DNA of 64,000 nt from Lytechinus pictus (Eukaryota), in assembly GCF_037042905.1 (NCBI RefSeq), contig NC_087245.1:37884001-37948000 (forward strand), read 5' to 3'. Below the pieces are notes generated by a model. It worked only from the letters and a program-made list of their open reading frames with translations, searched no databases and had not been told where the DNA came from. Positions 13,370 through 25,800 of this stretch are shown one piece after another; the first letter of the stretch is position 1, and every line of letters begins with the position of its first letter. The translations under genes and the position numbers were made by a program.

Positions 13370-13514
13370 CGGCGGGCACTAACCACTGAACTAGAAATAC
13401 GTGGAAGTCGTGTTCACCCAAGCAAAACATCGCCGGCGAACTCGATAAGTCACGTGACCGCCGCCATTTTGCTAGGTCAATTGTTCGAGAACGCGCCGCA
13501 GAAGGCAATTGAAA
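13370..13514. promoter_or_regulatory. CpG-rich promoter-like patch near the left end of the KDZ element
   Basis: CpG enrichment in an AT-rich background; palindromic E-box GTCACGTGAC (13449-13458); YY1-like CCGCCATTTT (13461-13470); splice-donor-like AAA|GTATGT at 13515. Confidence 0.4.
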
Positions 13515-13682
13515 GTATGTGCAAGATGCAATATGTTTTCTCTATATTGTATAAATTAATACTGATGTATACTTAGTGTGGCAAAGTGTATGTAAATGTC
13601 ATTAGGCCAATCATGTACAAACATATTTCTATATGCACAATGTACTGGGACCTGGTAATTCATGTAGTTTAAGGGTTTAAAT

Positions 13683-15630
13683 CAGGGTGACCAGATTTCA
13701 CAAAATGAAATACGGGACACTCGATAAAAAAAGATCATCAAAGAAGGCTACATAGTGTTATACTTGTGAACAAAATATAAAGAATTGGAAGGGAGGATGA
13801 ACGAAAGAATGAAAGAGAGAAAGAAAAGAAATGAGAAAGAAGAAAGAAAAAATGAAGGGGAAAAAATGAAAGAAAGTTAGAATAATTAAAAGGACGATGA
13901 AAGAAAGAATAAAAGAGAAAAAAAAGGTTTCCGCGGCGTCATTCTTTGAATTCATCGAATATAGAAAGAAAAAGAAAGAAAGGGAAGATGTAATAAAGGT
14001 GAGAAAGAAAAAGTAAGAAAAAGGAGGAGGAAACAAAGAATGAATGAATGGTGAACGAAAGAATGAAGGAGAGAAAGAAAATAAATTAAATAAGAAAGAA
14101 GAAAGAAAAAATGAAGGGGAAAAAATGAAAGAAAGTTAGAATAATTAAAAGGACGATGAAAGAAAGAATAAAAGAGAAAAAAAAGGTTTCCGCGGCGTCA
14201 TTCTTTGAATTCATCGAATATAGAAAGAAAAAGAAAGAAAGGGAAGATGTAATAAAGGTGAGAAAGAAAAAGTAAGAAAAAGGAGGAGGAAACAAAGAAT
14301 GAATGAATGGTGAACGAAAGAATGAAGGAGAGAAAGAAAAGAAATTAAATGAGAAAGAAGAAAGAAAAAATGAAGGGGAAAACATGAAAGAAAGTTAGAA
14401 TAATTAAAAAGACGATGAAAGAAAGAATAAAAGAGAAAAAAAGGTTTCCGTCATTCGTTGAATTCATTGAATATAGAAAGAAAGAAAAAGAAAGAAAGGG
14501 AAGATGTGTGACAGACAAAATAAAGGTGAGAAAGAAAAAGTAAGAAAAAGAAGGGAAACAAAGAATGCCGGAAAGAAAAATGTTTTCATTCTTTGAAAGA
14601 AAGAAACGAAGAAAGAAGAAAACATGAAGGGGGAAGGAAGGAAGGGAGGGAGGGAAAGAAAGAAAGAATTAGAAGGAAAAATAGAATAAAGAATGAAAGA
14701 AAGAATGAAAGAGAGGGAGGAAAGATTGGAGGGATGAGAGAATGAAAAAAAAATAATGGAAGGAGAGAAAAAACGAAAAGAAATTAAAGGTGAGGAAGGG
14801 AGAAGGAAGTAGATAAAAAGGGCAGATAAGAGAAAGAAGGAAAGAAAGAAAATTAACACACAGACTGGATCAGGAAAGAAAGGTAGGAAATATTAAAAGA
14901 TAGATGGAACAAAAAAAGCAAGCAGGAAGGATATATAGAAGGATGAAGAATAAAAATGAAAGAGGAAAAAGTTCAAACTTCAAGCAAACAAAAGCAATCC
15001 AATCATCTAACAGAAATAACAATGATATATTTGGTGTTTTTTATCTTTAAAATTTTGAAAAACTAAGTGGTTTAGAAATGAATAAAATTTCAAAGTGAAA
15101 CATTGTCAACTTACAAATTAGAGGAAACAGCGCCGGCATCCTACACAACAAGACTCAAAACGAAAGCTAAAACAACTACATGTAGATCCAGTTATGAAAA
15201 TTAAAAAACTTGTTCCTCCTATTAAATCAGTAATCTGAGAATCTATGATATATGATCATAAAAATTTCCCGCCGATTTTGCGATTATTTTGGTGGAAAAA
15301 CTGTTTATCATGTGAGATTGTTTGCACCATTGAGAATCTGCTCCGATCCTACATGCATAGAGCCTGCCACACACAGGCAGGAAGCCAGCTCGTTTGCAAT
15401 GTAGGCCTATTGGGTTAGGATAAAAATCACCCGCAAAACTTTGCAAAAGTTTAGTTATCGATTTATTGTTGTCTCTGCTTCGTCATCTGTTAGGTTATTT
15501 GATGAAAATTCGTCACTTTTAAATGTATCAACTACATTTTGTTCAATATTCTAAAAATACGGGACAGATAGGTGTCCCGGAAAGGGTTTGTCGGGACGCC
15601 GGGACAAAGGAGCAAAATACGGGACGATCC
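13683..15630. mobile_element. Probable truncated non-autonomous DNA element containing a purine-rich ~245-bp tandem repeat
   Basis: Starts CAGGGTGACCAGA; AAATACGGGAC motifs at 13708, 15556 and 15615; about three copies of a GA-rich unit at ~13790-14560; matching right TIR not found. Confidence 0.5.
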
Positions 15631-16458
15631 CAGCCGATCCACAAAATATCCATGGTTGTACCATGGATTGTTATCATGACTATCCGTGGTTACGATCACC
15701 TATATAGACGGTATTTGTCATTATTGACAAGGGATCCCAGGCAATTTTGTGGAGTGTCTCGTCGTGTGCCGAGCTGTTTAATGATCGGACTTACTTTTAC
15801 CCGGGATCGACTTTCGGCTTGAGTTGTGAATTATCGTTGTAGTCTTTATTGTTTGTTTGATCTATTTTTGTTTGTGTGCACTGTGCAGTGTTTAAAAGTT
15901 GGGATGTGTTTGTGTTAATTTATCATTGTGTAATGAACAACAATAGTAATACTGAAAATAATGACATGTAACAACAACACAGCGAATTATATGCCGCGCC
16001 TTCTTCCTGTTTATACCCGGGGGGGGGGGGGGGGGATGCGGATCGGGACCAGAGTCGATCCAGGATATTTGAGGGGGGTATTTCTTGGATAAAAAGCAGG
16101 CGCATCCCACGTTTTGTATTTAATTAATAATAATAATACACGAGATTTATATAGCGCACTTTCCATCTTGATGAGATGCTGAAATCAGAACAGAACAACA
16201 AAAACTAGTATTTACATAATAAGTGAATTCAGAAAACACTCTTATACAGTTACGTTTTCAGGTTGCCCTTGAAGGTGGTTTAATTAGTCATTAAAATAAA
16301 GTACTTGAGTGCACCCCCGGGTGTACCCCCTCGCCAAAACGTGCACTTGTATAATTTAGAGCACCCATTACCATACCGTACCCTAGTCTACAATGTAGAC
16401 CCGCATCTGCAGTACAGTGTGTGTACCTCAGCTGATTCAAAGAGTCTGTCTGCATAGC

Positions 16459-16563
16459 AGACTAGGTCTACTGAGACTGCAATGGCTCGCTTCGCTCGCC
16501 CTTTCAGGCTTGTTTGCTTCGCAAACCAGCTGCAGATGCCACTTCACGAGCCATTCAGAGTCT
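16459..16563. mobile_element. Candidate 105-bp mini-element AGACT...AGTCT with a 7-bp direct repeat
   Basis: GCATAGC at 16452-16458 and 16564-16570; internal inverted repeat AATGGCTCG / CGAGCCATT. Confidence 0.45.
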
Positions 16564-16806
16564 GCATAGCAGACTAACCGTACCCCGCGATCTTGATACG
16601 CGGCCTCGACCCGACCGACGATTTGACGAGACGTAGTGCGACCCGCCAAAATCACAGCGCATTACATAACTAATGCTAGCTAATGAATATCGTCTGCTTG
16701 CGCTGGAACCGGTCCTCAGATCCTGTGAACTGCGAACTGAATTTTACACATTTTAAGATCACTGAAGTTAAGAGCGTCGATCCAGATCGATCCTTATATT
16801 ACTACA

Positions 16807-19800
16807 ATGAGCAAGACCAAGGCGAAGGTAGGTACCGGTACCGAACGTTCAATTCCTATTGTATTCTGAAGATAGACATTTGTTGTTTTTAAATTAATGA
16901 TGAGAATGAGAGAGTTGAATAGTGCCAGTGGCCATACGGTACAGTGTAACGTTAGACTGTATACGGTACCAACCGTAACCAGGCCAGGGAGGGAGCTCCG
17001 GCCCGCAAAGCGGACCGAGCTCTGGGGCCCGTTTCTCAACACATGGACAAGTTAATCATAATATCTTTATCCACCAACCATGGAGTCAGTTCCAATGTTA
17101 CTAAACCTGTTTCTCGAAATGCTTCCTAACTAGAAATACCTTGGTATCGATACTATCGGTAAAAAGAGCAGAAGAGACGTAGCCTTAGTCACAAAATATC
17201 ATAATTTTCAAAAAGAAAATTTTTGACAAAATTGCCAATATTGACTATTGTGATGAATTTGGAAATAAATCTTTTCAAAATAGTTAGTATCACAGGTGAA
17301 TTATGCATCGGTACATACTTAGACCATGAAGACTGGAGCATTCAATTGCAGAGAATATTTAAGGACGTTCTACAGTTATGTTTGTGCGCATTATGATCTG
17401 CGCATATTTTACACTCTGCGCGCTGACGTCACAATGGATGAACAGGTGATTAATTAGCTGTGGGTATGAACTGATTTTTCTCATCATCTGCACTCTAACT
17501 GCAGATCAGATGCGTTATTTTATGAAGCTAAAAAACTTTAATTATTCCATGGACCATTTAAAAAAACATCTCTACAACTTTAAAATACTTTACTCTGTAG
17601 TGCTGCCAAAAATCACGAATATGACCCCGAGTTTGAATAAATGGTAAAGTGGTTTTGATTTTTTCTTCTCATAGATACAAAGCATTTGGCGCATTTTTGG
17701 TGTTTTAAAAAGCACATTTGCTCTAATGAAAATGCTGATAGTTTGAAAACAAGCACATGAAGCCCTATTTTTTAATGATTGCACATCTTAGGTATACCTT
17801 CCTCTACAACTTTGCAAATTTTGGTGAAAATGACATGGATTTTGAATAAAGTGCAGCATTTATTGTACTTTTGTAGTTTGTTATTGAAATGTCACTTTTT
17901 TGAGATTGGGTTTTTGTTATGTTTTACGCCATTTTTAAGAACTGACAGTGCTGTTAGACTTAAAATTGCAAACAAATAGCACTATAAATAGATTCTCCAT
18001 TCTAACGATACACTTATTAACTCTCTTGCGAAATTTGATGACTTTTTCATGTATTTTGACTGAGTAATAGAGACTGTTTAAACTCATTGTAGTGATCTTG
18101 CGAGGTCTAAAAATGCCAAATTCTTTTGAATGCGCAATCCGTAAGAACATTCATTCGGGTGAACTTTGAAGCTCCATAGCAAAAAATCAAGCACATGGAC
18201 CTATGTTAATTTTTGCATATTTCGAATATTCAGGTTCTAAAGTATCTATGTGCAAAGTTTGGTGAAAATGACATGGATTTCATTTTAACTGTGGAACGTC
18301 CTTAATTCATTTCATAACTAAAAAATTACTTGTGGACGTTGAGATGGGTAGCCCCGAGATATCCAATTTTAATAGTTTACAAAAGTAAAACTTAACAGTT
18401 TTCTTTGTAAAATGATGATAATTATACGGTCTTTTATGATTCCAAACGTCATCAAAATATAGTTTAACGATACATTTTTAATTATTGATACCGAAACATA
18501 CAATATTGGACAAATTATATGCATAAATTTGAGATGAAATTTATCCAACTCAAAACTGTTAATAGGAGTCTGAAAACAACAAATACAAGTTCATGGATGG
18601 CCTGACGTGGTAGAATCTTTATCGATTAAATCATTTTACTATTTCAAAATGAATGGTTTTGTGGTGTTTACCAACACTAAAACAGTTTTTATAGTTTCTT
18701 TGCATTACAATCATTGAATGCATTATCCCACTTGTTTTGTGATGTATAAATTTCAACCTCTATGATTGATTACGTAAGATTATAATTTTTAAATTTCTAG
18801 GCACTTTTGTATGTCATAGTCTACCCACGTGATGCCACTACGTCATTAAGAAAGAAGTTGACAGGTTCGGAGTTGTCATATTTTGTTGTTGTATCCGATC
18901 TTGGTAAAGAGGGCCTTCGTGAAACGGTTAGCGGACAAGTAGCTCACTATCTCCGATTTAGTCAAGAAGTGCATTTAGACATAGACACGGGACTTGAGTA
19001 GATTGGGGTCTCAATAACTTACCAAAAAAAATTTGAAAACAGATATTATGCACTTACCACGATTATATGGATGAAGGTCTATCGTGTGACAGCATCCTGA
19101 CATCGAGGCACAGACTTGAACCTCAAAAAAAAAGCGAGCAGTTCTAAAGGTTAGCTGTCGCGATACCTCTCCTAATTTCAAAATTCATTAAAATGGCCGA
19201 TTGCGAGACTGGGGTAGATGGAGAGGTATTGTAACAAAACTTTTTGTTTTTTTGAGGTTCAAAATATCTAGCAAAATAGATTGTGAAAACAGAAATAATG
19301 CACTTAGGTCGATTATATGATTTTTGTTTCCATTTTTTGTTTTACTTGAAGGCGGGCAATTGGAGGGAAAGGAAGCTTCTGGTAACCAGGAAGACCTATG
19401 TTGTTGGCAAGAATGAAACTGTGGATGTTGTTCCACTTAAGGAATTCTTTAGAGCCACAGAGGAGCGTAATGAAAACAAAGAGCTTGGTGAAACCTCTGC
19501 AGTCATTGATGAAGTTGTACATGACAGGTAATCTCCCATATGAAATTGATCATTGAAAACAGTAAAATACGTGCTTATTAGACATCTAAGGTCTCTTGTT
19601 TGCTCATCTTGTAGTCATGGTCATTTGTCACACGGTGCTGTTCTGCCTGTCATTTATATCAAACAGATGTGATAATGGGTTTGGAATTAAAAATAAATAT
19701 ACTTCAATTCTAGTATCCATTATGCATTCACATCGCTGTTATACATTTAGTACATCTAGGACATGAAACCTTTCATGCTACATGTAGTATAGCTTCATAC

Positions 19801-22800
19801 CATGCCATCTTTTTCATGCATATTTTTGTTTTGTTACAACAATAGGAGAGATGAAGATGTAATGCTGGTAGAGGAGAGTCAGCCTTTGAATCTTCATGAA
19901 CAGAGGAAGGAGAAGGCCAGGAATGAATGGATAGAAGTACAACCAGTGATGACTTTGGCATACATAGCAGGTCAAGCTTCTTTCATGGGCATGGAATGTG
20001 CCCTTTGTACACAGGAGGCCACCTTGACCTGCCCGGACTGCGGACCTTTCGCTTTCTTCTGTGAGGAATGCTCTAAAAAGCTACATAGTACTCTCTTGCA
20101 TAAGCCTATGGCTAGGAAGGTATGTACTTCATATGAGCATTTGGATTGGAGTAGTATATATGTTCGATTGATTATCTACATGTATCCAGTTATCTTCTCC
20201 CGGTATTATATATTGTCAAGTAGAACCACAACATGACCGTCAAGTTGGGTAAATATGAAATTTTTTTGCTGAAAGTTGTAGTGTATGGTGTCTATTTCAA
20301 GAATCCGACGGGTGCAACTTGGGCACCCTTGGGCATTTTTTTAAATTGACGTCATAGGCCACTCCCACTTTTTTACATACCTGTTATATTTGACTTTCAT
20401 ATTTTACGAAAAAAGCATGTCATGTTTGGTATCAAATTAAAGCTAATGAAAAATCAAAAACAAATGTATGGATTTGTGGGCATTTAAATCCTACTTTTGT
20501 CAGTTAAAGGTCATTTAAGGTCATAAAAGTTCAAAATGCATCACAAATGTAAGTAATACTTACTACAAGACAAAAAATATCATGTTTTAAATACAAATAA
20601 GTTAGGAATTATGTGCCTTTTGTGCTGAATAATAAATAATTTTCTACTGATTAAACTATAGTTTTGGAAGAGATGTCTACTAGTAGTAGTCCCAGGGGGG
20701 GGGGGGGGGGGGGGCACTCGGCCAGAAAAGTAGAAGAGATGTGCCGCGGGTGAGACAAAAAACGGGGCCTTGGAGCGGGCTAAGTGTAAAAAGGATGGTC
20801 CTCCGAATGGGCTTCGGAACTACGAATGTCTGTGAGAACAGGTCGCCTGCATGTGAGTGCGTACGCATCCCTATGGAACGGGCATTTGTGCTTGCAGCTA
20901 GCCCGGCTAGCGCAGAGGCGATAGTCGGACAGCGCTCTGCGGCCGCTTTTCACCAAAATTGCGGCTCATTGTAGCAGATCAATGCGACCGGAATGGCATA
21001 ATGGAAAATATGCGAAGCTTTGGCGCAGATTTATTTCTTCTTTTTTCACGATAAGAAGAAAATTATATGCTTTGGAGCGGCTTTCTTTGTTCTTTTTCTC
21101 AAGACAAAAATGCTATGCCTTGGAACAGAAATTTGAGTGTAAAAATGGGGGTCCCCTCCGCGGCACATACCCACTATACTATGCATACTGAGTGCCCCCC
21201 CCCCCCCCCCCAGTAGTAGTACTAGGCATAGCTAATACCCAGTACCCTTTTTTCTTTTAATTTGATCACAGGGTCAACTAGTAGATGAAACAAGAATACT
21301 GAGACAGAGTCATACCTGCCAGACTTCCTATGGAAAGACCCTTGAGGTCTTTGATTCTAAAGGTATTTACCATACATACATGTGCATATCGTGAAATGCT
21401 ATTTGTTTCATGTGTGGCATTTACACAGTGTAAAAGGAGCTGATGTCAGTCTCAACATTAGGGCAATGCCATCACCAAAAGTGATCAATCACCACAAAAC
21501 TTTGCACAAACCTTTGAAATTACAGGAAAGAAGCGGTCTTAGCATTATTTTCACTAAAAGATATGAGAGTATAACAAAATTTATGTGGGAGGGAGTATTC
21601 AAAGCCCCTTGTGCAAATATGTTTAAAAGCTATCTTGTATTTATCAGTCAATTAATCAATCAATAAATCAATTTATATTATAATAAATGATAATAGTAAC
21701 CTTATATAGTGCTTAATACAATGAATTTGTATCACTTTATTTTAATATTCATAAAGGATCAGATGACATATAAAATAAAACAATTACATGGTAGTTTACA
21801 AACACAATTATCAAAGGAAGTAAAAGTAGCACAGGTCCTGGCTTATTATTGCCGAGGCAGGACATAAAATAGAGAACATAATGATAATACAAGATAGAAA
21901 AGAGAACAAAATAATATATTTATTGCAATAATTATTCCAGTCTTCGGATCCTGGCATTCCCACACACAATGTATGCACTTTCTCCACTTCCTACATTCCA
22001 ACAAGACTCATTTGCTAGGCATACTACATATGGTAGGTTTTTTCATCCCACCGGGCACCCTTTTAAAACCTGGGTGGAGAGTGGCAAAATGTGGATTAAT
22101 ACCTTGCCAAAGGACGTAGGCCATTGTTTATCGATGTTTAGAGCAGCAATGGCTAAATGCTAAATAAAAAGAGGTGTTTTAATCTGCACCAAGCTCACCA
22201 AAAATGATAAAATCTTCTAGTAATGAAAATCACTTGGATAAAAGAAGCAATCCTTTGAGGATCTGCTGACTGATTGTGTACTCTCATTGTGAAAGTTTTC
22301 TTTTCACTATATATTTTCAGGAAGACTTCATAATGTGTTGTGCACATTTTGTAAATGTGAACCAGAGGCAGCCACCCTGGTTCGTTATTCCCTGTGGCCC
22401 ACTCAACTCAATCCAAGAAAGGCTGTTTCTATGGAGCTTATGACATTTATCCACTACATGCAGGTGGAAGCGCATGTGTCATTGAAGGCGGCATGTCAAG
22501 TTATAGGCTTTCAAAACAGATTATCAGAGAGAGAGGTATCTGTACAACTTTCTTAAAGTATGCAATAGGCAGTTTGATGATCAGTTTCATAATAGTTGGA
22601 TATAAGATTTGTATCTACTTAATTGTTAATATTCCAATTCCTTTCATGAATATATGTTGTCAATGGCCTTGCCCCACAACTGTTTTGATGATCTTTGCAC
22701 AGTTATGAAAATATCACTAAAATGCAGAAATCATGCTCCTCATTAATTTATCCTTTGACAGGTTGCATACGGTGACCCCCCCCCCCCCCCCTCTTCAGCT

Positions 22801-25800
22801 TAGCATAGCTTCAGTTTCTTTGTAATGTGATGTGGATATGTTCTTAGGTAATCCTTATTTGTAAAGTGTGTGCATTTATATTTTTTTCATAGGTCAATGC
22901 GCTGTACTCAGAGCTGATCCAATACAGTTTCAGCCATTTTCAGGCTTTCTATACCAATGTCGATGCCAAAATTGTCCCTGAATATGAATGTAATCGTTCC
23001 TGCCCTGCTTGCCCAAAGGTAACATTATTAAACCAAAATATTTTCAATGGGATGCTAGTCATGGTTCATATCCACTTGGTCTAGTAGCAGATGGTCTACA
23101 TACATTATCTGATCGTTTATTCGCAATTGCATTACCCATTCGATCTATCAGTTTGTTTAATTGCCAATTAGTCTAAAATATAACCAAGAGGTCTATTAAA
23201 TCATATTTAATCATATTCTGAATGTATAATTAGTCTATTAATAAATCAAGTGATGTTACACCAATTGGATATTAAACAAATTGGGCGTTACACGAAATGA
23301 GAATTAGATGAAATTTTGCATATGCCAAGTGGCAATTATACCAAATGGTAAGTAGAGTTTGATTGGACCATGTGAGATGAGACAAGACGGGCAAGTAAAC
23401 AAAGTGAGCGTAGACCAAGCAGCTATTTTTTCATAGCGTCATTTTTAGACATAATTCAATAGTAACATGATAAATAGTAGCTATGAGCAATTATTAATAA
23501 TACATAGGATTTTGTAAGTGCATGTCAGACCCAAAGTTGCTCACAAATGTGGTATGTACAAATCCAATTCAAACAGAATTTGCATTGGTACATGAAATCG
23601 CATTTCTGTCAATTTTATTGCAGGTAAATATCTTCATTCAAGTATTAAAGTTTGTTTTCAATATTATTTTATTTGCTTACAAAATGTTGTCTTTATCTAA
23701 TTTTAAGGTCACTGGTCAAGTGATTGTTTGCATAGATGGGTGCTTTGGTTTGGTGAGAAGAAAGAAAGCTGGTACAAGTGCTGGTGGAACTACTCACCAT
23801 AAGACATTTTTTCAAGAAGATGAATATGTTAAGAACTTTGTGGATGGGTACAGGATTGAACATGGTCAAGCATCAAAGGTAACTTATGTAAAGTGTTGAC
23901 CATACAGTGCTTTGCAAACACACTCGATAAGCCTTGTACTTCATGTACTATGCCCTTGAGTGAACTGCATATCTTGACTAATGCACTCACACTTGTGAAT
24001 TATTTGTATAATGTGCAAAATTATGCAATAAGAACTCTCATGTGATCTAAAAACTAATTATAAATATGCATAACATTGCATTGAAAATTCCTGAATTCAA
24101 AAGTCAGGGTCCCTGAACATTAAGTGCATATTTTCTTTTTATGGCCATCAGCACTGTACTGTACATGTAGGTGGTTGTGGGAGCTGGTTGCAGGGGTTTG
24201 GTAGATTGAGCTCTCAATTCATTTACCAATTAATTTCGCTCCAGACATTCGCTTACAGTCAATGATATGTAATATATTTGCAATTGTTGGTTCACATTTG
24301 TTGTATGTGGCAGATTGCATGGATTGTCACCAAAGCAATTTTCCTCATCTCTTTTTTCTTTACTCTTGATAATTAGAACTGTAGCCAGTTCAAGGCAGGA
24401 ACTCTGCTGAGAACCAAAAAAAAGGCAGATGCTTTGGATGTCAAGGGAGTGTTTGGGGCTGTTTGCCGGCATGGCTTCCCTCTGGCCATGCTTAATATGT
24501 TCCAGGGAGAGAGGTATGTATTTATCAGTTTTGTGTAAAAGTATGGCTCACTCAAGGTCAAGGCCAGCATGTCCAAGATCAAGGACGATGACAAGGCCGA
24601 GGGTCTGAGTAATTCCAAGGATAGTGCCAAGGCAATGACAAGGATAGGCCAAGGCCAGGCTGAGGTCAGATTAAAAGTAAACATTGATTTGAACATTTCT
24701 TGCTTAAGATAAAATTGTGATTATGCTTTCTCTTTAATCTGTACATACATGTACATGAGTCATACAGACTGATTGCTTCATATCTATTAAAAAGTGAAAC
24801 CAACCAAAATTTTGATAGGCTACAAACAGAGAATCGGATAATATTTTTTTCTGCATAAATTCAAAGTAGCATTTACAAGGATTGATCATTGATATCATTA
24901 AAATGATACCTCAGATTGAAAGCTTTCTATCATAAAGACTATGCAAATGAGGTATAAAAAACCCAAATATTTGCAAGATATAAAAAAAAAAAGAGTACTC
25001 GGCAAATTTTCTGATTGATTGATATGAAATAAAGGTGTATCTCTTTAAGCCTCTGCCCGCCATGGTTGGTGCCAGAAGCATTACATTTTTGGGTTGTCTG
25101 TCTGTCCGTCTTTCTCACGGTAAGTAAAAAAAAATTTAGCAGCTGTTGATTTCAATCTTTGATCATGTATGCATATATAGGAGTACTGATAATCTGAAAG
25201 GAGCCATGAGTTCAATATGTCATAGACTCATAGTATACCTGAAAATATTTATCTTCTGATGAACTATTTGTTGGTTCAACTTAAACTTGGCTCATATATG
25301 CATTTGAGTGATAATGATCTGGTATTAAGAAAAGGGGTCACATGTTGAAAGGTCTCCGGTCAGTATTTGAAATGTGTGAAATCAGGTGTGTAATATATTA
25401 TTGATTTGGAATATGCAGAGGCAAAATTTTATAAAAATGTCTGCGGTAGTGCTGCAGCTGATTGAATACCTGACAGGTACCCAACTGTGAGGCCGGACAT
25501 TTTCCATTTTCCAGCTTGAAGTACCGGTCAACAGAAAATGCATTTTTCTTTTGTCAGTAACTCCACAGTAATAATTTTGGGTTTTAGCAACAAAATTGAA
25601 ATATCAAATTTTCTACTGGTTTATAGAGTCCTAAAAAACCCTACTAATAATAGAAACAAAATAATATCACATTCAATTATTCATGACAAGTTGTAACCAC
25701 ACAGAAAGAGGCATCATTTGTAAAACAATACAATACATTAAACAAAAAATAAACTTTTTTTTTTGTAAAGGAGTCAATGTGAATGTTAAGAAAAATGTTT

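Noticed and set aside
13118..13467. Coding fusion from the element's left end into the hemopexin exons
   Set aside because: The ATG at 13467 stops after five codons; the nearer ATG (MAKPERK) ends in phase 0 while the acceptor exon needs phase 1.
18801..19001. Extra transposase exon
   Set aside because: Has an acceptor-like site but no convincing in-phase donor or motif; exons 1 and 2 already join in phase.
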